64,000 nt of DNA from Macrostomum hystrix (Eukaryota > Animalia > Platyhelminthes), in assembly GCA_950097015.1 (NCBI GenBank), contig CATNEN010000025.1, positions 7,068,001-7,132,000 on the forward strand, in the 5' to 3' direction. The position numbers and the translations under genes were made by a program. This document shows, one piece after another, positions 10,431 to 21,341 of this stretch; positions within the stretch are counted from its first letter, which is position 1; every line of letters begins with the position of its first letter. The notes beneath the pieces were generated by a model. The model saw nothing but the letters and a program-made list of their open reading frames with translations, was not told the origin of the DNA and did not search any database.

Positions 10431-12618
10431 ATGGACTACAATCTGGGATTCGATCTGGCCAAGACAATCGGCCAGACAATCGGCTGCCTGCTCAACCTGG
10501 TGTTCATCGGCTTCACCTTCCGCGAACAGATCGGCAACCGGGCCTGCGCCGTCCTGTTCCGCTGCCAGTCGGTCATTGACCTGTCGGTGATGGTGTCCAG
10601 CCTGCTGCTGGTCCAATACCGCAGGAGAATCATCGCGTCACCGCCGCAGGGCGTCGGCGGCTCCAACGATGTCGCCTGGATTCTGTTCTGCTCCGTGGTA
10701 TTCAGCCAGCTGATCTATTGGATGCTTGTGAGCATGAGCGTGTACAACCTGGTGGCTCTCTCCATCGAGCGCTGCCTGTGCCTGTGCGCCCCCCTGTGGT
10801 ATAAGCTTCACAAACGCGTTGTGCTGCGATGGCTCATTGTGCTAGTAATTGCTTCGGCATTCTTTGTGCAGGCGAGTTTTTTGCACTTTTAACTTGACAA
10901 TTTGATAAGCTGTAATGTACGATCAATGCTCCATGCTTGGCGATATTCTTGAAGATACTCTTAGTTAACCAAGCTGTAAAATGTGTTCCAGTATCAACAA
11001 AGTACAGGTGTACACGCACACACAGGTGTGTACATCTGTCCTGACTATAGCGCTTCAAGTTTTGGTCTCTGTTTTGGTATTTCCTATATGTAGTCTAGCG
11101 GTTTGTGGCAGTCTAGATGGCTTGAAGGCTATAACTACTAACGACTATCGTTCTCAGTATCACGGCTGGCGGTTGCGATCTCTTCCGGGTCCTTACCTCG
11201 GGATCAGATCAAGAAAGAACACAAACGCAGTTAGTTTTCTAATTGTCTAACTTAACGGAGCTCAAAGCTAATTCTCTACCGAGCTCGCGGCGGTCCATTT
11301 TTCCGCGCTCCGCTCCGACTTAAATAATGTCTTTGAAACCCCTCGATCCGAGGGGAAGGCAATACCGTAGCAACATTCGTACTGTTCATTATCCCCTTCC
11401 CCTTCATCGATGCAGTCTTCTGGTGCGGTCCCGGCCTCCTCCAGAGCTCGTTCCCGATCGGGTCCGGGTGGCTCCAGTTTCAGGCTGGGCTGGGTCGATG
11501 CAGGCAGCTGCGGGTCGGGACAGGCCGGGTTGATTCCGGCAGCTCCACGTCAGCACAGCTGCGAGTCGGTTTCAGGTGGCTCAACGTCAGCACCGCTGCT
11601 GTCATGCCGGACCGGGTTTGCGCTGAAATGATTAAGTGGACTCGGGGCGAATCTTTTTCTAATCTTTCTTCTTTCAGTTGTTTGCCCTCTCTGCTGTTGA
11701 TCCTCTGCTAGTTTCCTCCTAGCGCTCTCTTGAATTCCCTTCAGATTTCTAAGTCTTATACTGACTTTCTCATCGTCAGGCAGTGTACATTTCACTGTGC
11801 ATTGGAGGTAGGCTTTCAAGGGCGCAGTCCTTCTCTCCGCAGCTGCGCCCCCAATTTAAATTGGCCTCGCCGAGGAATCGAGCTCAGGAACATTGGTGCG
11901 GGTGGCCCCGAGGTTTAATGAAGCAAAGGCACACAGACTCAGATGAGCACGACCTGAAATTCCGCAGATACCATTTTGCCTGATGTTTTCGCCACTATCG
12001 GAGCGCCTGCAGGAGAATCGCAAAGCAGCCAGCAGCAATGCAACTAACGACAGCGAGACATTGCTAACTATCGTCCGCTACTGCGACTGGAACCATTTCA
12101 CCGCGGCAGAGCTGACAGCATTCGGCATCGCCAACGTGGTGCTGTTCTGGATCGTGCCATTCCTGCTGTTCATCGTGACCTACTCGGCCATCATCATAGT
12201 CCTGGCCAGATCCACCAGCGGCGTCGGCAATTCGGCTGATCGGCAGAAGAAGTCGGCCAGCGCCGCTGCCAAACGGCTGACGGTCACATCCGGCGTCACC
12301 TGCTTCGCCTTCGTGGCACTGTTCGCTCTGGACTCGGTCACATTCGTGATGGACAGCCTGGCCGACTCGTCTGTTGGCAATACGTTCCTGCAGCTGCTGG
12401 ATTCATTTCTGATTAGCATGAACAGTGCTGTGAACCCCGTCATCTTCCTGATCTTCATGCCTAACTTCCGGGCCTTCTGCTTCCACTGCTGCGGCCTGCG
12501 CGGCGGCGGCGCCAGCGGCGGCAGACAGTCGGGAATGAGCAGCGGTGTCGTCAGCAATGCCGGTGGCGGCGCCAGCGGCGGCATGGCGTTGTCCAACGTG
12601 AAAGCAATCAAGAACTGA
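10431..12618 (+). CDS. Orphan rhodopsin-class (class A-like) 7TM GPCR, 2 exons, ~363 aa
   Basis: Exon 10431-10871 carries TM1-TM4 (GCLLN, QSVIDL, LSIERC as the DRY equivalent). Exon 11968-12618 carries TM5 (FWIVPFLLF), TM6, and TM7 (NSAVNPVIF plus helix 8 NFR). The phase-0 join AFFVQ|IPFCLMF restores the TM4 proline. The N-terminus is very short, so the start is uncertain. Confidence 0.85.
11010..11905 (-). mobile_element. tRNA-derived SINE family A copy, split by a 714-bp insertion
   Basis: The body fragment ending ...CATCTGTCCTGACT (11046) resumes at CTGACTTTCTCATCG (11761) and runs on to the tRNA-like head (GGAATCGAGCTC). It is homologous to the copies at 15.5, 33.5 and 34.6 kb. Confidence 0.75.
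11047..11760 (-). pseudogene. Decayed coding-like insert (possible retroelement N-terminal fragment)
   Basis: Bounded by a CTGACT direct repeat. One minus frame reads through in-frame stops and includes YECCYGIAFPSDRGFQRHY, which resembles a degenerate C2H2 finger. Confidence 0.3.
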
Positions 12619-13559
12619 ATAGCCGTTGACCGCTGTTAAAAACTATACATCTTGACATGATTGATTGATTGATTGATTCGATATCAAATCGTATCAATGA
12701 AAAAACAGAAGACCAAAAGACATTTAAAATTCTGTTAGTTTTTTATCTAAATTTCCGCTTAGCGCTTGGGCGGGACCGTTGGCTATCGCAGAAAATTAAC
12801 AATTCCTTGTGTAGCAAACATACTTACAAGCAACTGTTATTTGTTTACAGGCACAAAATCGTTTGCACAAAGTACTTCAGTCAGTGAATTATTAACTAGA
12901 ACATGCGCACAAACACACAAACGCTTTGTCGTCAATTCCAGCACTGAATGTTTATAAAAACGCTTCGACTGCGATATTTGAATTTATAGTAGTTCGAGTA
13001 TTTGAATGCCTAAATAACCTTTAACTATCTATCTAGACTTCGAATCCATTGATGCCTTCAAATGTTTTAGCAGAACGCAGGTTTGCTAAAGTCTGAATCG
13101 ATGTAAGACAAAACCTCGCATATTATTGGATAAGGCAAATTGTACATTTGAAGGCTGATTACTATACTTGATAATTCGTCACACAATATACACCCCACAC
13201 ACCATAATTAATAAGCACTCGTCCCAAATGCGAACACATTAAATGGTAAAAAAACTCCAATTAAATGTAAACCAACAAACAGTTTGACAGGTCAAATATT
13301 TTTGTCGAAAATTGTGTCCACCGGTTTGAGACAAAAACGCATGCGCTCATAGGAATTGTACTCGTAGCACAATAACTGGAGCTCAGAAATCAACGGTACT
13401 TCAGGTATATGCCATAAAAAAATAAATTATATTGCGGTACTTTTATTATTGAATTAAGGAATTGAAAATCCTTAGGCTAGAAAATAATGGTGACTTGTTG
13501 ACATTATCAGCCAATCAAAGAAAAGTAACGGGTTTTCGGAAAAAAATTATAAACAATAT

Positions 13560-14005
13560 TAGTCAATCAGAGACTTTGGCGGATTGGAGAGTTTTCAGTT
13601 GATAAAACTAGCCAATCAGAGAGACTTTGGCGGAGTGGAGAGTTTTCAGTTGATCAAACTAGCCAATCAGAGAGACTTTGGCGGATTGGAGAGTTTTCAG
13701 TTGATAAAACTAGCCAATCAGAGAGACTTTGGCGGAGTGGAGAGTTTTCAGTTGATAAAACTAGCCAATCAGAGAGACTTTGGCGGAGTGGAGAGTTTTC
13801 AGTTGATAAAACTAGCCAATCAGAGAAATTTTGGCGGAGTGGAGAGTTTTAAGTTGATAAAACTAGCCAATCAGAGAGACTTTGGCGGAGTGGAGAGTTT
13901 TCAGTTGATAAAACTAGCCAATCAGAGAGACTTTGGCGGAGTGGAGAGTTTTAAGTTGATAAAACTAGCCAATCAGAGAGACTTTGGCGGAGTGGAGAGT
14001 TTTTA
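13560..14005. repeat. Minisatellite, 51-bp unit containing a CCAAT box (copy 1)
   Basis: GAGAGACTTTGGCGGAGTGGAGAGTTTTCAGTTGATAAAACTAGCCAATCA, ~9 copies. Confidence 0.93.
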
Positions 14006-14113
14006 GTATTCATTAAATTAACAATAGTTTTTCAGTTAATGAAACAAGCGTAGAAAACGATATAGTCGCGTCTCCCAAAAAGCTCCACGAGCTGACCAGA
14101 CAGAAAATTGAGT

Positions 14114-17100
14114 TCAGACCGGGATTGGCTTGTTCCTGCGACCTTTATCCTCTTCGGACAACTCCTGTTCCTCTTCGGCCTCCGGATCGCGAACCAGAAT
14201 CCGTTCGTCGTCCTCACCTCCGCCTAACTTGTTCTCAAGCAGCCTGAGCTGGTAGGACTCGCAGGCGCCAGTCTTGGCCCACACTGCCAGGTGCTCGCAG
14301 TTGTTCTTAGTTAAACTGTACTGCGACTCGTCTAGGCGGCTGAGAGCCCGCTCGACAACCGTCTCCGGGGTGTAGCAGTCAAGGTTGTAGTAGTCCACTC
14401 GGTAGAGACTCGCCTGCTTATTCGAGAAGAGCCGACTGCGCCGCTGGACAGAGGCGAGGCCGCCGCCACCTCCGAATAGGCGCTCGCCTAGGCGAAGCTT
14501 AATATCGTATTCGACTGTCTCGAATGTCTCGGCGCCGACCTCGACTACGATGGCGTGATGGTAGTAGCCAATTTTGCGCCAGAATGCCACCTGACTACCG
14601 ACAATCAACTCGTCGATGTCGTAAACCTGCGAGAGCAATTACGAGTAATGGTGACTTATGTGAAATTAATGGTGACTTATTTACATTTTCAGCCAATCGA
14701 AGAAAAGTAACCGGTTTTCGGAAAAATTTTTAAACAATCTCAGCCAATCAGAGAGACTTTGGCGGACTGGAGAGTTTCAGTTGATATAACTAGCCAATCA
14801 GAGAGATTTTGGAGGAGTGGAGAGTTTTCAGTTGATAAAACTAGCCAATCAGAGAGATTTTGGCGGAGTGGAGAGTTTTCAGTTGATAAAACTAGCCAAT
14901 CAGAGAGATTTTGGAGGACTGGAGAGTTTTCAGTTGATAAAACTAGCCAATCGGAGAGATTTTGGCGGAGTGGAGAGTTTTCAGTTGATAAAACTAGCCA
15001 ATCAGAGAGATTTTGGCGGAGTGGAGAGTTTTCAGTTGATAAAACTAGCCAATCGGAGAGATTTTGGCGGAGTGGAGAGTTTTCAGTTGATAAAACTAGC
15101 CAATCAGAGAGATTTTCGCGGTGTGGAGAGTTTTCAGTTGATAAAACTAGCCAATCGGAGAGATTTTGGCGGAGTGGAGAGTTTTCAGTTGATAAAACTA
15201 GCCAATCAGAGAGACTTTGGCGGAGTGGAGAGTTTTCAGTTGATAAAACTAGCCAATCAGAGAGATTTTGGCGGACTGGAGAGTTTTCAGTTGATAAGTC
15301 TATCAAGTATTTCGGCGGTATTTCAAGTACCCACGTTTTTCATTTTTCGTTAAATCTTCCAAAATATTAAACCAATCGCCATGAAATTCCAGCACACGAG
15401 CTAAAGATTTTCACTCTATCCGATAATCCGATGATTATCTGGGTTCTGTGCTTCTGGGTTTTCATTTTTATAGTCAACTTGGTGGCTAAGTGTCTACCGA
15501 GGATATTGTGCATCATAGGGCTGCGAGCAGTGGCACATCATTTAGTGACAGTAAACCCGCAGCCAGCGAGGAGGCAATTCTGCCCATTTCGCTGACTCCT
15601 GAGCGCACACGCACACACAGGTGTGTACATCTGTCTTGACGTAAATTGTACGACGAACCCGCAAGCCTTTTCTCCGCGGCTGCACTCCAAACAAATGTGG
15701 CCTCGCCGCGGAATCGAGCTCAGGGACCTTGGTAAACACGTTAATGGCTCTGCCACTCACCCCCCGATATGGTGCATTATGAAACAGTACAAGCTGCAGC
15801 CAGGTCTCACCTTGACCATCTGATAGGGCCGGATGGAACTTCCACTCGACGCGTGACCCTTGAACAGGTCACGCAGGCCGGAAACAGTGGTGGGCACCTC
15901 CGGCTCCCAGCCGAGTCTGCTGGACAGGCTCATCACCGCCTGGCAACGCTCGCATTTCAACGTGTCCTCGTCGTCCTCGGTTGCAGTCGACGCCGGCAAT
16001 GTCGGCTGGCCCGGCCCCACCGGGTGCAGGCAGGCAAATTCGGCCCGGCAAGAGTCGCATCGGAGCAGCTCAGCGGCTAGTCGGCGCCTCTTCGCGGCAT
16101 TGGATGAGTCGACGTCGACAGCGTCACCCAACTTATCGGGCTCCTTCTTTCCAAGGCTTCTGTCATCGACTTGCGCCACTGCTGTGTGCCGCTGCTGCTC
16201 GTCAATTTTCTGCTTGCCTGGCTCCGGCGGAAGCAGCGGTGGTAGCGGCTGTGGTGCTGGCTGTGGTGCTGGCTGTGGCGCTGGCTGCGAATGCATTCGG
16301 GCCAGCAGGGGCACTGTGGGTGGTGTGCCACAGGGCGGCTGAAACGGCACAAAAAAGCAAAGTGAAAAAACTGATTTTCTGGACTCCTTAAAACAGAAGA
16401 AGATAAGATAAGAAAGTCTTGAACTCACGGAGAAGTGCTCAAAGCCGTAGGTTGGAGACGGCGGCGGCGGTGCCGATGGCTCAGGCGAGGTGGCGTCGGG
16501 CGGCGGTGGAGCCGACGCGAAGCTGAATGCCGGGCAGCTCGGAGCTGGCGTCGATGGCTGAAGTAAAAGAAGTGATTGATTGGTAGCCGATCGGTTCCGA
16601 AATGAGAGAGTGAAAAGCTCTACTTGAATTAAAAATTACCACTATGTGTTTCAAAGCCGTCGTAGCCGGAATGCCAGGCTTAACACAGCGCACAATGGCA
16701 ATTTTAGGCTGCTGCTGCTGCTGCTGCTGCTGCCGATTAGGCAGCTGAGAGGTTGCAGCGAACGCCCCAGCAGGTGCGTAGACTCGGCAGCCAGATGCTG
16801 GCTGACCTAGCTGAGACTGGTTTGTCAGCTGAGGAAGGCAGAATAATTATGTCAAATGCTAGTATTTTTCCTAATTTTTATCCAACTGAAAAGCACAATT
16901 CCCCAACACTCACTCTGACAGATAAGCCTGGCTGTTGCTGCTGTTGCTGCTGTTGCTGCTGTTGCTGCTGTTGCTGCTGTTGCTGCTGCAGTCGGCCTCT
17001 CACAACAAATGCGCCAGCCGGTAGTACTGAGTTTGAGGGCTGAAAATTATCAGTAAACTACTATGTAGAGGATTTCTAATAATTTCCGCGATGCAACTAT

Positions 17101-17414
17101 TAGCAATATTTTGCGAGTGTCACCATGGAAACCAATTGACCCGTCTGCACTGGCTGGCACTGCATTTGGAGAACATTGGCGTTGATAATGACAGGCGGCG
17201 CGGCTCCGGTCTGCTTCATAATCATCACCTTCTGGCGATTGTTTGGTAAAACTACTTGCTGAAACTGCTGCTGCTGCTGCTGCCGCTGCTGCTGAATAAC
17301 ACACACCAATGGTTGCCCTTGTAGAGAGGCTTGCCTGACGGGTATGACAACGTGTTGCCTTGCGGCATCGTGTCCAGCTTGCACACTGGACTGCTTTACT
17401 AAAGTCTTATTCAT
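14114..17414 (-). CDS. LRAT/H-rev107-like (NC-domain, permuted papain-fold) protein with a Q/P-rich N-terminus, 6 exons, ~591 aa
   Basis: Exons 17414-17124, 17039-16914, 16828-16640, 16557-16429, 16338-15811, 14626-14114; all GT-AG and phase 0. The last exon has the H-box YYHHAIVV and the NC motif YSLTKNNCEHLA. The middle carries CDSC...CERC pairs, and there are polyQ tracts in exons 1-3. Confidence 0.8.
14740..15297. repeat. Minisatellite, 51-bp unit (copy 2, same family as 13560-14005)
   Basis: Same unit, ~11 copies, in the last intron of the LRAT gene. Confidence 0.93.
15505..15765 (-). mobile_element. tRNA-derived SINE family A
   Basis: Minus-strand head GGGGGGTGAGTGGCAGAGCC...GAGCTCGATTCCGCGG (A-box and B-box-like), plus the conserved body CTCAGGAGTCAGCGAAATGGGCAGAATTGCCTCCTCGCTGGCTGCGGG shared with other copies. 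Confidence 0.8.
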
Positions 17415-17579
17415 GGCTAGTTACCGATTGATTTGCGAGCTCGTGTGTCTCAGTTAGAGTCATTCTGGCCTGGCCGGACCTTTCTATAGTGCTTATCTTA
17501 ATGGTTGCGCAATCAGTGTCAACTAATTAGCTCTCAGCCATGTTATGTAATCATTGTGTCTAGTGTTGTGGGGTCACGT

Positions 17580-17715
17580 TGTGGAGCTAGAATAGAATAG
17601 AAAATAAAATAACACCTTATCCAGTTGGGCCAGATGTACAACCAATTGCACAGTCGCAGCTATGGCATTGCGCAACGTTTCCAAGGGCTGCGTACAGCTG
17701 CTCAGTCCATGGACT
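17580..17715 (-). mobile_element. SINE family B, 3' fragment
   Basis: Shares GGCTGCGTAC...TCAGTCCATGGACT and GGCCAGATGT with the 40.7 kb copy. Short simple-repeat tail (TTCTA/TTTTA on the minus strand). Confidence 0.6.
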
Positions 17716-18361
17716 TTTGTAGCTAATGCAAATTCAGGCCACTTTTCTGCAATGCAAATATTATGTGAGAAAGTCGGTGCCCGGCAAGCACAGTCTAAAT
17801 GGCAATCATTTAGTAATCAGATCGAAATTGGTCTGCTTGTCTCCTCAGTTTCTTCTTTGTGGTAACATCTTTGTAGGCTGCTAATGATCAGACATTTTTC
17901 TTCTTTCTTTTAATGAACCGAGAAGGCAAAGAGCTCGGTCACAGACGACCCTCTTTTTCGTAAATTTACGGATTCCTGCTCTGATTGGAGTTGCTTATAG
18001 TGTGCTGCCGTGATTGCATGTTGTGAAATCATGCTTTGGCTTTTGAGAATGGCACCAAGAAATCACTTTTGTACATATGAGAAGCTTTGTTTGCGGTCAA
18101 GGAGATTCCAAAATGCGAAAGCCTCGCCCATTAGCAAATTAGAAGACAGTCAACTTTTGTTGTTGATGCTTCTAATTATCCCCAAACCATGCACCCAGAA
18201 TAGCTCAAAGGCCGAAAGGCTATCAATTTCTACAAAAAACTTATTATTGGACTGTGTCTGACATTTCTGACGATGTACTCGTACTATGAAAAACTGTCAG
18301 CGCTGCTTGGAATGGATTTTAGAACATCGAATATGGCAAGAATTCCACAAAATTTCTAAGG

Positions 18362-19320
18362 AAATGATTGCAGACAATTGTCTATGGTAATGATAGCAGA
18401 CTATTGTCTATATTAATGATTGCAGACAATTTTCTATGGTAATGATAGCAGACCATTGTCTATAGTAATGATTGCAGACAATTTTCTATGGTAATGATTG
18501 CAGACAATTGTCTATGGTAATGATAGCAGACCATTGTCTATGGTAATGATTGCAGACAATTGTCTATGGTAATGATAGCAGACCATTGTCTATAGTATGA
18601 TTGCAGACAATTTTCTATGGTAATGATAGCAGACAATTGTCTATGGTAATGATTGCAGACAATTGTCTATGGTAATGATAGCAGACCATTGTCTATGGTA
18701 ATGATTGCAGACAATTGTCTAAGGTAATGATTGCAGACCGTTGTCTATGGTAATGATTGCAGACCATTGTCTATGGTAATGATTGCAGACAATTGTCTAT
18801 GGTAATGATAGCAGACAATTGTCTATGGTAATGATTGCAGACCGTTGTCTATGGTAATGATTGCAGACAATTGTCTAAGGTAATGATTGCAGACCGTTGT
18901 CTATGGTAATGATTGCAGACCATTGTCTATGGAAATGATTGCAGACAATTGTCTATGGTAATGATTGCAAACCACTGTCTATGGTAACGATTGCAGACAA
19001 TTGTCTATGGTAATGATTGCAGACAATTGTCTATGGTAATGATTGCAGACAATTGTCTATGGTAATGATTGCAGACCACTGTCTATGGTAATGATTGCAG
19101 ACCACTGTCTATGGTAATGATTGCAGACCACTGTCTATGGTAATGATTGCAGACCACTGTCTATGGTAATGATTGCAGACCGTTGTCTATGGTAATGATT
19201 GCAGACCGTTGTCTATGGAAATGATTGCAGACCATTGTCTATGGTAATGATTACAGACCACTGTCTATGGTAATGATTACAGACCATTGTCTATGGTAAA
19301 GATTGCAGACCATTTTTATG
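18362..19320. repeat. Minisatellite, 26-bp unit (CTATGGTAATGATTGCAGACAATTGT)
   Basis: Tandem copies visible directly. Confidence 0.95.
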
Positions 19321-20384
19321 GTAATATTGCCTCTACAATCCTATTAACAGTAGGACCACCAAGCCATTGTGGGGCCTGATTTTATACCAAGGGGGACTTT
19401 TTTGGCAGCGCCTGAATGCTAACAGCGTTGGGTGGTGACTGATTGGTTGACAGACTAGGCGATGGTGTCCTGTGGTTGAGCTGCGCCTAATATTTTGGCT
19501 TGATCAATGAAATTAGAGAAATTCGCGTCAGGCTGTCCATAGTGACCTAGTTCCACCTGTTGTAGGCCTTGAAGGTCCAGCAGTCCGTCTAGATAAAGGT
19601 AGGTGACCACCGAAGACGGAGATGATGATAACATTAGGTTCAAGGCACACTCGGGTGACATGCTGATAAATTTTGAAGGCCTGGCAAGGCCGCACTGAGG
19701 CCCAGTGCTAATTCGTGTATAGGGGTGTATGAAATACACTAGCGCTTATGAGAAAAATCGGACCTTCGGCCAGAACCTTCGGGACTTGATTCTTGTTTCA
19801 GAAGATGCGCAACAAAAAGTTGGCCCGTGTTCTTGAGTTTCGTGCGCTTGCGTTGTTCCGTTCGGGTGCAGCACAAAAATTTGTCAGGGCGGGTAATTAC
19901 CCCCCCATTGGTAGTTCTACCGTTAAAAGAGAATTGAAAATCTAAATCCATCAGAAAATTTTCTATAGATGTATAGAATTTGACTGTATTTGTTGGTAAA
20001 ACACTATTAACATTTATTTAAAATTCTATAAAGTGTACTGGTTTTTAGCGCAAATATGCACAACACACTACTGCATCTACTTTAATATAGTAGAGTAAGT
20101 ATTCACACAGAAGTCCTATTGTATACATGCATTACAAATATATTAAAGTTATGTGAGGTATAATCGTTAATTTTTTTATGAGGGATATTTTATAACAAAA
20201 TATTGCGAACATGTACCAGAAAAAAGTAATGCAAATATTAAGGAATTAAGGATTGATAAGTGATGTCAATCACATTTTCTCTGTACAGATAATTAAAAAC
20301 GACTAAAAATCCGTAAAAAAAACTCTGTGGAAAACATTAGCGCAATATTTCACTCCATACTAACGAGCGTAATTGTAAAACTAT

Positions 20385-20690
20385 TGACTGTGTGAATTAT
20401 TGACTGCGTGAATTATTGACTGTGTGAATTATTGACTGCGTGAATTATTGACTGCGTGAATTATTGACTGTGTGAATTATTGACTGTGTGAATTACTGAC
20501 TGTGTGAATTACTGACTGTGTGAATTACTGACTGTGTGAATTACTGACTGTGTGAATTATTGACTGTGTGAATTATTGACTGTGTGAATTATTGACTGTG
20601 TGAATTACTGACTGTGTGAATTATTGACTGTGTGAATTATTGACTGTGTGAATTATTGACTGTGTGAATTATTGACTGTGTGAATTGTTG
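20385..20690. repeat. Minisatellite, 16-bp unit (GTGTGAATTATTGACT)
   Basis: Tandem copies, followed by a degenerate ~22-bp array to ~20860. Confidence 0.93.
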
Positions 20691-21341
20691 TACTCGCTGA
20701 ATTCTCGTACTACCCGAATTCTTGTACAGACCGAATTCTTGTACTGCTGGAATTTCTGGTTCTACCCCAGTTCTTGTAATGCCTGAACTCTTGTACTGCT
20801 GGAGTTCTTGTACTGTCGGGATTCTTGTTCTGCCTGATTTCTTGCACGTGAATTTTCCCTATTCACCATCAATTTTTTGACGTACACTACTTAGGCCTAA
20901 AACAGAACAACAACATCAAGATTTGTAACAAATATAATTAGCGAATATGTACACAACAGACTAGCCAATCAGAAATATTCATGTGATTTGTCAAACATTA
21001 AATTGCACTGCTCATTCAAAAGCGAAATTTTCTTGTCATTACAAGATGAAAACGTTTAAAAGGTGAAAAACAATTATGAAAACAATAATGACGGAAAAAA
21101 GCCAATCGCTCTAAAAACGTGACAAAACAAATGATTCAAAGAAGATTCTGATTTCGGGGGGGGGTAAGAGGCAGGGCTTGACGAAAGAAATGGCTAACAC
21201 AGAATAGAGAAAGCTCTGTTTACCCAGAATACACGCGTGCGCGGCTAAAACTGCAGCAACAGCAGTAGCTACAGAGTCAGTGAAACAACACACTCTGGAT
21301 GACTCCTTCTTCGGCGACTGAGAAGCAGTCCGCTGATTGTG

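Noticed and set aside
15755-15765. SINE head GG|GTGAGT acting as the LRAT exon 5 donor
   Set aside because: It would give phase 2, whereas the next exon needs phase 0. AAG|GTGAGA at 15811/15810 fits and restores MVK|VYDIDEL.
16753-17043. Plus-strand ORF with a long poly-Cys run
   Set aside because: It is the antisense reading of the polyQ exons of the LRAT-domain gene.
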